Origin: Candidatus Nanopusillus acidilobi
GTDB lineage: Archaea; Nanobdellota; Nanobdellia; Nanobdellales; Nanobdellaceae
Direction of reading: 5' to 3'
Assembly (NCBI GenBank): GCA_001552015.1
Contig: CP010514.1
Coordinates: forward strand, 300,001-332,000
Length of the DNA stretch: 32,000 nt
The stretch's first letter is position 1; the number at the start of each line of letters is the position of its first letter. Of this stretch, positions 16,554 to 24,670 are shown one piece after another. The notes below the pieces were generated by a model. The model saw nothing but the letters and a program-made list of their open reading frames with translations, had not been told where the DNA came from and ran no database searches. A program made the translations under genes and the position numbers.

Positions 16554-17339
16554 ATGATTAAAAATTATATATTGTCATCAATTTTTTATATAGCATCTTC
16601 TATAGCTTTATACTTTTCTTATATATATTCTTTAGATTTAATAAAAAATCTAATATCTTCAACAATAAATTATAGTCTTTTATTTATCTTATCAATTATT
16701 TTATTATCCTTTTTAATAACATTCTATTTAGGAACATATTTCTCAAGAGAAATAGAAAATAAAGCCTTCTATTTAATTATTGGAATTATATATTATGTTA
16801 TTGGTCTTCTATTGTTTAAGAATTTTATAAACATATATATAACTATTTCATTATTCTTTATATTTAAAATAATAAAAATAGAATATTCTATTTTTGCAAT
16901 GTTAATATATTTTTTATCAATTTTATTCCTTGTTCTTAAAAATTCAGTATTTATAAATATAGTAAATCAATTTATGCATAATAAGTTAGAAAGTCTTTAT
17001 ACTTCTAATATAAATGACTTATATCAAATGTATGAATACCAATTGTTGAATACATATATTAGTGGTTATGAAACAGCAATGAGTATTTTAGAAAATGAAG
17101 GTGATATAAATGGAGCATATATATTATATAATAATTTAACATATGTAAATCAAACATTCTTAAATAACTTAAATTCAACACTAAATGAATATCTAAATCA
17201 ATATAATCAGACTATTAATTATAAATTAGAAAATATTATAAACAGTTTTTCACTTGAAATAAACATATCAATTGCTTTATTCTTTATTACCATATTTGGA
17301 ATATTTTTAGAAATAAATAAAAGAGCGGAAGGTTTATAA
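16554..17339 (+). CDS. Membrane protein with N/Y-rich, sequon-bearing extracytoplasmic domain, unknown function
   Basis: Four or five N-terminal TM segments, then a soluble N-rich segment with sequons (NLT, NQT, NST, NQT, NIS), then a final TM (IALFFITIFGIFL). No family motif recognised. Confidence 0.5.
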   Translation: MIKNYILSSIFYIASSIALYFSYIYSLDLIKNLISSTINYSLLFILSIILLSFLITFYLGTYFSREIENKAFYLIIGIIYYVIGLLLFKNFINIYITISLFFIFKIIKIEYSIFAMLIYFLSILFLVLKNSVFINIVNQFMHNKLESLYTSNINDLYQMYEYQLLNTYISGYETAMSILENEGDINGAYILYNNLTYVNQTFLNNLNSTLNEYLNQYNQTINYKLENIINSFSLEINISIALFFITIFGIFLEINKRAEGL

Positions 17340-17340
17340 A
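17333..17340 (+). promoter_or_regulatory. TATA-box candidate (GG)TTTATAAA, 33 to 26 nt upstream of the tfs ATG
   Basis: Consensus octamer preceded by GG, as at the pilin promoter (GGTTTATATA). Confidence 0.4.
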
Positions 17341-17365
17341 CATTTCTATGATATAAAATATTCTT

Positions 17366-17680
17366 ATGAAATTTTGTCCAAAATGTGGGAGCTTAATGAA
17401 AAAAGAAGGTAACTATTTAGTATGTCCAAATTGCGGATATAAAGAAAAAATAAAAGATGAAAATTCTTTATTACTTACAGAAAATATAAATAAATCTTCA
17501 GAAATTACAATTATGGAAGAAGATTATAAATTATATCCAATTGATAATGAGGTTGTATGTCCTAGATGTGGAAATAAGGGAGCATATTTCTGGTCTATTC
17601 AAACAAGAGCTGGAGATGAAGGTGAAACAAAATTTTATAGATGTGTAAAGTGCGGATATACATGGAGAGTATATGATTAA
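17366..17680 (+). CDS. tfs: Transcription factor S (TFS; RpoM/TFIIS-type cleavage factor)
   Basis: Two zinc ribbons: CPKCGSLM...CPNCG and CPRCGNKGAYFWSIQTRAGDEGETKFYRCVKCGYTW. The second includes the acidic-hairpin position (Q-T-R-x-x-D-E). Confidence 0.9.
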   Translation: MKFCPKCGSLMKKEGNYLVCPNCGYKEKIKDENSLLLTENINKSSEITIMEEDYKLYPIDNEVVCPRCGNKGAYFWSIQTRAGDEGETKFYRCVKCGYTWRVYD

Positions 17681-18182
17681 AAAAATAAAAGAACTAATAG
17701 TAAGAATATTTTTTGGAGATGATTATTTAAGTGATATACTATTTATAATATTTATATTTGTTGTATATTTTATTATTCAAATTGTATATCCTCCATTATT
17801 TTCAGTAATAGTATCTCCAAGCATGGAACATTATTATTTTAATTTCCAAAAATATGAACAATATAATATTACACAACAAGAATTTTCTCAATTTCCATAT
17901 CCAAATGGATTATATGTTGGTGATATAATAGTAATTTTACCAATTAATACACAATATTTAGAAATTGGTGATGTTATTCTATATAAAGGAATATCATTAT
18001 ATAAAAATGAAGATATTTTTCATAGAATTGTTGGTTATAATAATAGTAACTTTATAATTATGGGTGACAATAATCCTGGACCAATAATATTTGAAGGAGA
18101 AAATAATATGAATCCAAATAGAATTATTGGAATAGGAATATTAAGGATACCTTTACTTGGATATATTAAGCTTCTGATTTAG
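17673..18182 (+). CDS. Signal peptidase I, archaeal/ER type (S26B)
   Basis: N-terminal TM anchor, then VSPSMEH (Ser box), FHRIV (His box) and MGDNN (box D). The start overlaps the tfs stop by 8 nt. Confidence 0.8.
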   Translation: MIKKIKELIVRIFFGDDYLSDILFIIFIFVVYFIIQIVYPPLFSVIVSPSMEHYYFNFQKYEQYNITQQEFSQFPYPNGLYVGDIIVILPINTQYLEIGDVILYKGISLYKNEDIFHRIVGYNNSNFIIMGDNNPGPIIFEGENNMNPNRIIGIGILRIPLLGYIKLLI

Positions 18183-19253
18183 TTTTCTATATATTTCCTT
18201 TATTTCATAATAAGAATCTTTCTTTGATAAATTTCTATTTAATATTCCAAATTTTGCATTATATCCAAAATCCCATTCATAATTATCCATCAAGGACCAA
18301 ATAAAATATCCTCTTATATTATATTTTTCTTTATTTTTTAAAAAATAATGTAAATATCTTTTAATAGTTCTAACCCTTTGAAATTCATCTTCAGTATTTA
18401 TTCCATTTTCTGTTATAAATATTGGCTTATCCAAATTCTTTAAAATATCATCTAATATAGATACACTAAAAGATGATTTTCTCTCATCTATATCCTTTAT
18501 ATTTTTATATATACCATAATAGTTTATTCCATAGAAATCTATTTCTTTTGGAAATAATAAATGAATATTTGAACTTATTACATCCTTTAATAAAAAGTTA
18601 AATGGTAATTTTAATAATGATAAATTTTCTGTATATATTAAATAAACATTAAATTCTTTTGCTATTTTATATAATTCCTTATTTGCATAAAATATATTAT
18701 CTAATATCGCTATTGTGTTCTTTAAATCTTTTACTGAATTTATTTTTTTAAATGGAGGCCATTTACCAAAAATATAAGAAGATAATATATATATCCATGG
18801 TTCATTAAATGATATAAAATACTTAACCCCCAATTTTGAAAATGTATCAATTATAAAATATGAATAATCAATAAAGTATTCTATATTTTCTTTATTTTCC
18901 CATCCTCCCAAATTATAAAACCATAGAGGATTGACATAATGCCACAAGGTTATAAATGGTTCTATATTATTTTTTATTAATTTATCAGTAAATTCTACAT
19001 ATCTTTTCATACTGTAATAATCTATCTTATTTTCACTTGGATATATTCTAGCCCAATCTATTGAAAATCTAAAAGCATTTGCATTTAGATCAATTAATAT
19101 TGGAATTATATCAAAATATCTTTCCCATAAATTACATGCATTATCTATTTCTGGTAACTTTCCCGTTTTAATAAAATAATACCAATCCTGATTATTATAA
19201 TTTCCCTCTGTTTGAAATGATGATATTGAAAATCCTAAATAGAACTTATCCAT
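18153..19253 (-). CDS. Glycoside hydrolase family 1 (beta-glycosidase), shortened form
   Basis: FSISSFQTEGN, NAFRFSIDWARIYP, FNEPW (acid/base Glu), FITENGI (nucleophile Glu) and WSLMDNYEWDFGYNAKFGI are all present in order. At 366 aa, the NEP-to-ENG distance is about 130 aa rather than the usual 180-200. Confidence 0.85.
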   Translation of the reverse strand: MDKFYLGFSISSFQTEGNYNNQDWYYFIKTGKLPEIDNACNLWERYFDIIPILIDLNANAFRFSIDWARIYPSENKIDYYSMKRYVEFTDKLIKNNIEPFITLWHYVNPLWFYNLGGWENKENIEYFIDYSYFIIDTFSKLGVKYFISFNEPWIYILSSYIFGKWPPFKKINSVKDLKNTIAILDNIFYANKELYKIAKEFNVYLIYTENLSLLKLPFNFLLKDVISSNIHLLFPKEIDFYGINYYGIYKNIKDIDERKSSFSVSILDDILKNLDKPIFITENGINTEDEFQRVRTIKRYLHYFLKNKEKYNIRGYFIWSLMDNYEWDFGYNAKFGILNRNLSKKDSYYEIKEIYRKLNQKLNISK

Positions 19254-20130
19254 ATATTTTTAATAATTTATTTATACCATTATAAATTACCCTCTCATTA
19301 TATCCACCTTCTAGTATATATATAACCTTATTGAACCTTTTTAAATAATTAAAAACATATTCATAAGATTTTAATGTAATATTAAATACTGATAGAGGAT
19401 CTTTTTTATGCATATCAAATCCCAAAGATACTAATATAATTTCTGGATTTATTTCTTCAATTAGTAGAAATATTTTATCCTTTAATAAATTAATATAATA
19501 ATTATCGTCTATATTAAAATCTAATGGAAAATTAAAATAATTATTTCCAGATTCTAATCCAGTATTTGGATATATATTTTTTGCATGAGTGGATATATAA
19601 TAAATATTTTTCTTATTTTCAATTATATCCTGAGTTCCATTTCCATGATGTAAATCTATATCAAAAATTAATACATTTCTATATCTTTTTCTTGCATACA
19701 TTCCAGCAATTGCAATATTATTAAATATACAAAATCCTAAAGTTTTATCATTATTTAATGGGTTTCTTGGAACATGATGACCTGGAGGTCTTGTAGGTAT
19801 AAAAATATATTTCTCATTTATTTCTATACTCTCTAATACACCCTCAACAGATTTAAGAATTGAATAAAAGGACAAGGGAGATATATATGTATCAGAATCT
19901 AAGTAAATAATTCTGTTATTTTTATATGAATACTTCCAAATTCTTTTTATCATTCTAATATATTTCCAACTATGTGCATAATTTATATATCTATATATAT
20001 CTTTCCTTACCTTTCCTATTTTCTTATAATTATTTTTTATCAATCTTTTTATTACTAACAATCTTCTATTATTTTCTATATGGTTTGGATCATTATGATA
20101 TAATAAATATTTTGAATATAATATCAACAT
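19246..20130 (-). CDS. Histone-deacetylase-family (arginase/deacetylase fold) amidohydrolase, AcuC/APAH-like
   Basis: RPPGHH, FDIDLHHGNGTQ, YPNTG, LGFDMHKKDPL and LEGGYN are the class I/II HDAC-family motifs. I start at ATG 20130 (MLILYSKYLLYH). The longer track ORF would overlap thiI divergently. The stop overlaps the GH1 start by 8 nt. Confidence 0.85.
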   Translation of the reverse strand: MLILYSKYLLYHNDPNHIENNRRLLVIKRLIKNNYKKIGKVRKDIYRYINYAHSWKYIRMIKRIWKYSYKNNRIIYLDSDTYISPLSFYSILKSVEGVLESIEINEKYIFIPTRPPGHHVPRNPLNNDKTLGFCIFNNIAIAGMYARKRYRNVLIFDIDLHHGNGTQDIIENKKNIYYISTHAKNIYPNTGLESGNNYFNFPLDFNIDDNYYINLLKDKIFLLIEEINPEIILVSLGFDMHKKDPLSVFNITLKSYEYVFNYLKRFNKVIYILEGGYNERVIYNGINKLLKIYG

Positions 20131-20164
20131 AACATTATAATAATTTCTTATAATAAAAATATTT

Positions 20165-21487
20165 ATGTATAATTGCATATTAATTGGTATTGATGAAATA
20201 TGGACAAAATCTGAAAAAATAAAGAAAAAAATGATAAATATGTTAATAAATGATATTAAAAATAGGATAAATTTTGATAAAATAGAAAATAGAAGAGGTA
20301 GAATAATAATATGGGATTATAAAGATGAATGGATAAATATATTAAGGAATATTCCAGGAATAAAAAATATATATCCAGCTATTTATTTTGAAACATCTAT
20401 AGAAAATATAAAAAAACAATCTTTAGAATTTTTTAATAATTTTATTGGAAATATTAGTAGATTTAAGGTATCTACAAAAAGGGTTGATAAAAACTTTCCT
20501 TATAAATCTATAGAAGTTAATAAAATTGTTGGAGAAGAAATTTTAAATAAATATAAATTAAAAGTTGATGTAAAAAATCCTGAAAAAATATTATATATTG
20601 AAATCCATAAAGATTATACATTTATTTATGATAAAATAATTAAAGGACCTGATGGATTACCAGAAGGATCTGAAGGCAAAGGAATTTTATTATTTTCTGG
20701 TGGATCTGATTCATCAGTAGCCTCATATTTAATTTCAAAAAGAGGATTAAAAATTGATTTTTTATTTATTAATATTGCAGGAGAAATTTATTTACAGTAT
20801 ATATACAATGTATATAATAAATTGAAAGAATATTTTCCAAATTCAAAATTATATGTATATGATTTAGATATAGGATATTTATTTAATGTAAGAGAAGGAT
20901 ATAGACAAATATTATTTAAAGCAATAATGTATAAAATTGCAGAAAAGTTTGCAAAGAAAAACAATTATGATTGCATAGTTACCGGAGAATCTTTGGGACA
21001 GGTTTCCTCACAGACAATTGACTCATTAAAAGTATTAGATAGTATTGTAGATATTTTAGTATTAAGACCATTAATCGGATTTAATAAAAGTGAAATATTA
21101 GATTTATCAAAGAAAATTGACATATATGATATAAGAGCACCAGAAATATGTAAAATTGAAAATCATCCAGTAACAAAACCAAAAATTGATATAGTAATTT
21201 CTGAACTAAATAAATTAAATATAGATTTTGATAAAGAAATTGAAAAAATTAGGGAAATTAATAATATAAATATTGAAGAATTCAATTTAAAGATTCCAGA
21301 TAAAAAAGATCTAATAATTATAAGATCTGAAGAATTTTCTAAATATAATTTTGAAAAAGGTAAGAAATATTTATTAATATGTAAAAATGGAATATTATCT
21401 AGGTACTTTGCTAAAAGATTGAGAGATAAAGGAATAGAAGCATATTATATGGATGAAAAAACTGCAAAAATATTGAAATATATATAA
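20165..21487 (+). CDS. thiI: tRNA 4-thiouridine synthase ThiI (THUMP + PP-loop + rhodanese-like domain)
   Basis: The N-terminal half has ferredoxin-like/THUMP length. PP-loop is GILLFSGGSDSSVASY, followed by VTGESLGQVSSQT. The C-terminal 90 aa or so carries a rhodanese-like active-site loop, LLICKNGILSRYFAKRL. Confidence 0.85.
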   Translation: MYNCILIGIDEIWTKSEKIKKKMINMLINDIKNRINFDKIENRRGRIIIWDYKDEWINILRNIPGIKNIYPAIYFETSIENIKKQSLEFFNNFIGNISRFKVSTKRVDKNFPYKSIEVNKIVGEEILNKYKLKVDVKNPEKILYIEIHKDYTFIYDKIIKGPDGLPEGSEGKGILLFSGGSDSSVASYLISKRGLKIDFLFINIAGEIYLQYIYNVYNKLKEYFPNSKLYVYDLDIGYLFNVREGYRQILFKAIMYKIAEKFAKKNNYDCIVTGESLGQVSSQTIDSLKVLDSIVDILVLRPLIGFNKSEILDLSKKIDIYDIRAPEICKIENHPVTKPKIDIVISELNKLNIDFDKEIEKIREINNINIEEFNLKIPDKKDLIIIRSEEFSKYNFEKGKKYLLICKNGILSRYFAKRLRDKGIEAYYMDEKTAKILKYI

Positions 21488-21530
21488 CTCTGTTAACCCT
21501 ATATATCTTTCCCTTAATATGTAATATATC

Positions 21531-22370
21531 ATGAATGAGAATGAATATATTAAAAGGGCTGATTATAATGATATTAAAAATATTGTAGAATTTATTAGAA
21601 GAAATATTGAAGAAAATAAATTTTATTTTGATTTTGAAGAAAATGGAGAAAATTCATATAAAATTTATGAAGAAGATTATGTAAAAAACTTATTAGATAA
21701 AGGAGATATCATTCTTTTATATATAAAAGATAATCAAATAGCTGGATTATCCCATTGGACATATGAATATGGAATATTATATAATCTTTATACTGTTGCT
21801 GATAGAAATCATTCTAAGATGGGAATTGCAAAAAAACTTTATCATTATTTCTTAAAACAAGATATACCTGCAGCTGCGGATTTTGTTATATATTTACCAA
21901 CTTCAAGTAAAATATTTAGGATATGGGAAAACTATGGAATAAAAATTTCAGGTTTTGCCTCATCATTTATACATAAAGATAGCAAAAATAATTTATATAC
22001 AACAATTATTGGACATAGATCAAAAGATAGAATATTAGAATTAAAGATACCAAAATATTCTGAAAAATTTTTCAAAAATCTATGTATATTAAATAATCTG
22101 GATTGTAAAATTTATACATTTGAATATAGAAGAAAAGAAAATAATGAAAAATATCCAAAATTAATATATACAACAAATATAAAAGAATATGAAGAAAAAG
22201 AATATTATTTAACAGGATTTTTATATAATAATGGTCAGATAATTTATGCATATTCTAGTAAAGTAGATAAAAATGTAAAAGAACCAATTGAAAAATTCTT
22301 TAATGATTTAGAAAGAGAGAATATGAAAAATGTCATTTTAGATTATATTGATAATTTATCCTTGCTATGA
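21531..22370 (+). CDS. Hypothetical protein; N-terminal GNAT-like acetyltransferase fold suspected
   Basis: IAGLSHWTYEYG...VADRNHSKMGIAKKLYHYFL resembles GNAT beta4-motif A (R/Q-x-x-G-x-G/A-x-x-L). The C-terminal 130 aa or so is unassigned. The stop overlaps the next gene's ATG (ATGA). Confidence 0.4.
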   Translation: MNENEYIKRADYNDIKNIVEFIRRNIEENKFYFDFEENGENSYKIYEEDYVKNLLDKGDIILLYIKDNQIAGLSHWTYEYGILYNLYTVADRNHSKMGIAKKLYHYFLKQDIPAAADFVIYLPTSSKIFRIWENYGIKISGFASSFIHKDSKNNLYTTIIGHRSKDRILELKIPKYSEKFFKNLCILNNLDCKIYTFEYRRKENNEKYPKLIYTTNIKEYEEKEYYLTGFLYNNGQIIYAYSSKVDKNVKEPIEKFFNDLERENMKNVILDYIDNLSLL

Positions 22371-23179
22371 ATCTTGATAATATTATGATGAATGAAGAAA
22401 AGAAAGAAGTTATATTTTTGTTAGGAGCTACTGGCGGAATTGGTAAATTATTAGCTGAAGAATTAAAAAGAAATGAATATATTATTGTTGGAAACGGAAG
22501 AAAGGAAAATGTATTAATTAGTATGAAAAATGAAGGAAAGATAGATGATTACGTAGTTGGAGATTTAACAAATGATGAAGATAGAAAAAAGATAATAGAA
22601 AAAATAAAGGAATATGTAAATAAAGGATATAAAGTAACAGTATTTTACAATATAGGAATTTTATATGATTATCCCGGTGAATTTAAGAATTATACAAATA
22701 AAATGATCGATGATTCATATGAAATAAATGTAAAGTCTATAGAAAAAATGGATAATGAACTAGAAAAAAATGACCTTTATTTAGATACAATTTATATGGT
22801 ATCTATATCTGCATTTTATAGAGGAAATTGGGATCATGAATATCAAAAAACAAAAGCTGCCCTTAAAGCACATGCTGAACTTCAAATACTTAATAGCAAT
22901 GGTAGAAGAATTATAGCTCTATTTCCAGATACAATAAAAACTGGAGAAGAGGGAATGGGAAGTAAATTAAAAGAATATCCAAAAATACCTGGAGAAATAT
23001 TTGTAAAGAAGGTTGTTGAAATTATTAATGGAAAATATAAAGAATATTCTGGATTTATATTTGAAATAGATAACAATAATATAATTAAATTATATGGAAT
23101 AAATCCATCAAAAATTACAAATGCATTTGAATATCTTGAAAAGGAATTTATTGAAGAAATAGGAAAAGCTGTTTATTAA
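22367..23179 (+). CDS. Short-chain dehydrogenase/reductase (SDR) family protein
   Basis: Rossmann motif LLGATGGIGKLLAEEL, an NNAG-like YNIGIL, and the catalytic Y-x-x-x-K in HEYQKTKAAL preceded by VSISA (Ser). Confidence 0.7.
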   Translation: MNLDNIMMNEEKKEVIFLLGATGGIGKLLAEELKRNEYIIVGNGRKENVLISMKNEGKIDDYVVGDLTNDEDRKKIIEKIKEYVNKGYKVTVFYNIGILYDYPGEFKNYTNKMIDDSYEINVKSIEKMDNELEKNDLYLDTIYMVSISAFYRGNWDHEYQKTKAALKAHAELQILNSNGRRIIALFPDTIKTGEEGMGSKLKEYPKIPGEIFVKKVVEIINGKYKEYSGFIFEIDNNNIIKLYGINPSKITNAFEYLEKEFIEEIGKAVY

Positions 23180-23200
23180 TTTTTTTATTAATATTTTTTA

Positions 23201-24067
23201 ATGATAATAATACCAGTTGCCTATGATTCATTTTCAACAAGATCTATGGCAACAATTGTTAAAACTGATATTAAGATATTTATAGATCCATCTATTGCAA
23301 TTGCTCCTTATAGATATAATCTAAAACCTCATAGAATTGAATTAGAAGAGTTAGAGAAAAGGAAAAAAGAAATAATTGAATTATCAAAAGATATAGATTT
23401 GATAATTATTACACATTATCATTGGGATCATTGTCCAAATCCAAATGAAGAACATTTCAAAATATTATATAATAAAAAGTTGATTATAAAGGATTTTAAT
23501 AATTATATAAATAATTCTCAAAGAAAAAGGGGAAGAAGGATATATGAAAAAATTAAAGATAAATCTGAAATAACTATTGGAGATAATAAAGTATTTGAAT
23601 TTAATAATACTTATATAGAAATATCTCCTCCATTATTTCATGGAATAGAAAATTCAAAATTAGGTTATGTAATTGGTGCATATATTGAATATAAAAATAA
23701 ATCTTTATTTTTTGGATCTGATATACAAGGTATTCTAACTAATTCTACATTAAATTATATAATAGAAAAAAATCCAGATTATATAATATTATCTGGTCCT
23801 CCTTTTTATCATATAAAATGGGATATTTCATATAACGAAGTATTCTATAAAAATATTGAAAGTTTATTAGAAAATACAAAAGTTAGTAAAATAATAATTG
23901 ACCATCATATGGCCAGATCTTTGAATTATATAGAAATATTAAGAAATTTAAATGAAATTGGAAAAAATTATGGTACAGAATTTTTATCTGCTGCAGATTA
24001 CTTAAATATTAAGAATATACAACTAGAAGCAAATAGAGAATTATTATATAAATATTATAATGAATAG
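23201..24067 (+). CDS. MBL-fold metallo-hydrolase, archaeal UPF0282-like
   Basis: MIIIPVAYDSFSTRSMATIVKTD..IFIDPSIAIAPYRYNLKPH then IITHYHWDHC (the H-x-H-x-D-H motif), matching my recollection of the UPF0282 family N-terminus. The stop codon (24065-24067) directly abuts tRNA-Asn. Confidence 0.7.
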   Translation: MIIIPVAYDSFSTRSMATIVKTDIKIFIDPSIAIAPYRYNLKPHRIELEELEKRKKEIIELSKDIDLIIITHYHWDHCPNPNEEHFKILYNKKLIIKDFNNYINNSQRKRGRRIYEKIKDKSEITIGDNKVFEFNNTYIEISPPLFHGIENSKLGYVIGAYIEYKNKSLFFGSDIQGILTNSTLNYIIEKNPDYIILSGPPFYHIKWDISYNEVFYKNIESLLENTKVSKIIIDHHMARSLNYIEILRNLNEIGKNYGTEFLSAADYLNIKNIQLEANRELLYKYYNE

Positions 24068-24140
24068 CGCCGCCGGTGGGACTTGAACCCACGACCTGCC
24101 GGTTAACAGCCGGCTGCTCTACCAACTGAGCTACGGCGGC
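24068..24140 (-). tRNA. tRNA-Asn (anticodon GTT)
   Basis: The reverse complement folds as GCCGCCG-TA-GCTC-AGTTGGTA-GAGC-A-GCCGG-CTGTTAA-CCGGC-AGGTC-GTGGG-TTCAAGT-CCCAC-CGGCGGC-G. It is 73 nt, with no intron and no encoded CCA. I counted 49 of 73 positions as G or C. Confidence 0.92.
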
Positions 24141-24177
24141 ATATATATAAATTACTTAATAAATTTTTAATAATCTT

Positions 24178-24185
24178 TTTATATC
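24178..24185 (+). promoter_or_regulatory. TATA-box candidate TTTATATC, 28 to 21 nt upstream of the 24206 ATG
   Basis: Same box and spacing class as the other candidates in this window. Confidence 0.35.
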
Positions 24186-24205
24186 TGACTTTCTATAAAT
24201 AGTTT

Positions 24206-24670
24206 ATGGATATATTGGGTATAGGGTTAAAGTTATCTTTAGAAGAAGGTAAGGTAACAATAAAAAAGGAAAAGGAAAAGATGATATTAGAATATAATAA
24301 TAAAATATTATCATCATCAAATTATAAAGATTATAAAAAGAATTGGCAGGCTACATTATTAATAAAAGATAATAAAATACAATTAATGGAAAGTAATGTA
24401 AATTTATATATATACAATTTTAATGATTTAAGTGATAAAAATAAAATTTATGGTTTAAATCAACTAATATATTTAGGATATTTATTAAAAAAATCTGAAG
24501 AATTTATATTAAAGTTCGATAAATATTTAATATCTCCAACTGAAAAAATATCTATTGGAAATGGAAAAATTGGATCAGATTTTGATTCAAAATTAATAAA
24601 TGAGGAAAAGATTGCTAGAGATATATTATATATTACAGATGGTCTTTTAATTATTAATAATATTATCTAA
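24206..24670 (+). CDS. Hypothetical protein (154 aa)
   Basis: Stop-free ORF with its own TATA-like box at consensus spacing. No motif recognised. Its 3' end overlaps the AGOG gene convergently by 24 nt. Confidence 0.45.
   Translation: MDILGIGLKLSLEEGKVTIKKEKEKMILEYNNKILSSSNYKDYKKNWQATLLIKDNKIQLMESNVNLYIYNFNDLSDKNKIYGLNQLIYLGYLLKKSEEFILKFDKYLISPTEKISIGNGKIGSDFDSKLINEEKIARDILYITDGLLIINNII

Noticed and set aside
20131-20178. 16-codon extension of the deacetylase ORF overlapping the thiI start divergently
   Set aside because: It would leave no promoter space for either gene. The conserved domain begins after ATG 20130.
21490-21498. CTGTTAACC, a 9-nt match to the tRNA-Asn anticodon stem-loop located at the start of the GNAT-like/SDR/MBL cluster, considered as an att-site remnant bracketing an integrated element
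   Set aside because: It is only 9 nt, built around the palindrome GTTAAC, and inverted rather than direct relative to the tRNA. There is no integrase and no compositional break. It is compatible with chance.
24141-24150. ATATATATAA immediately abutting the tRNA-Asn 5' end, considered as its TATA box
   Set aside because: A box at -1 to -10 would place the transcription start inside the tRNA. The TTAAAAAT at -30 to -23 is the plausible element.
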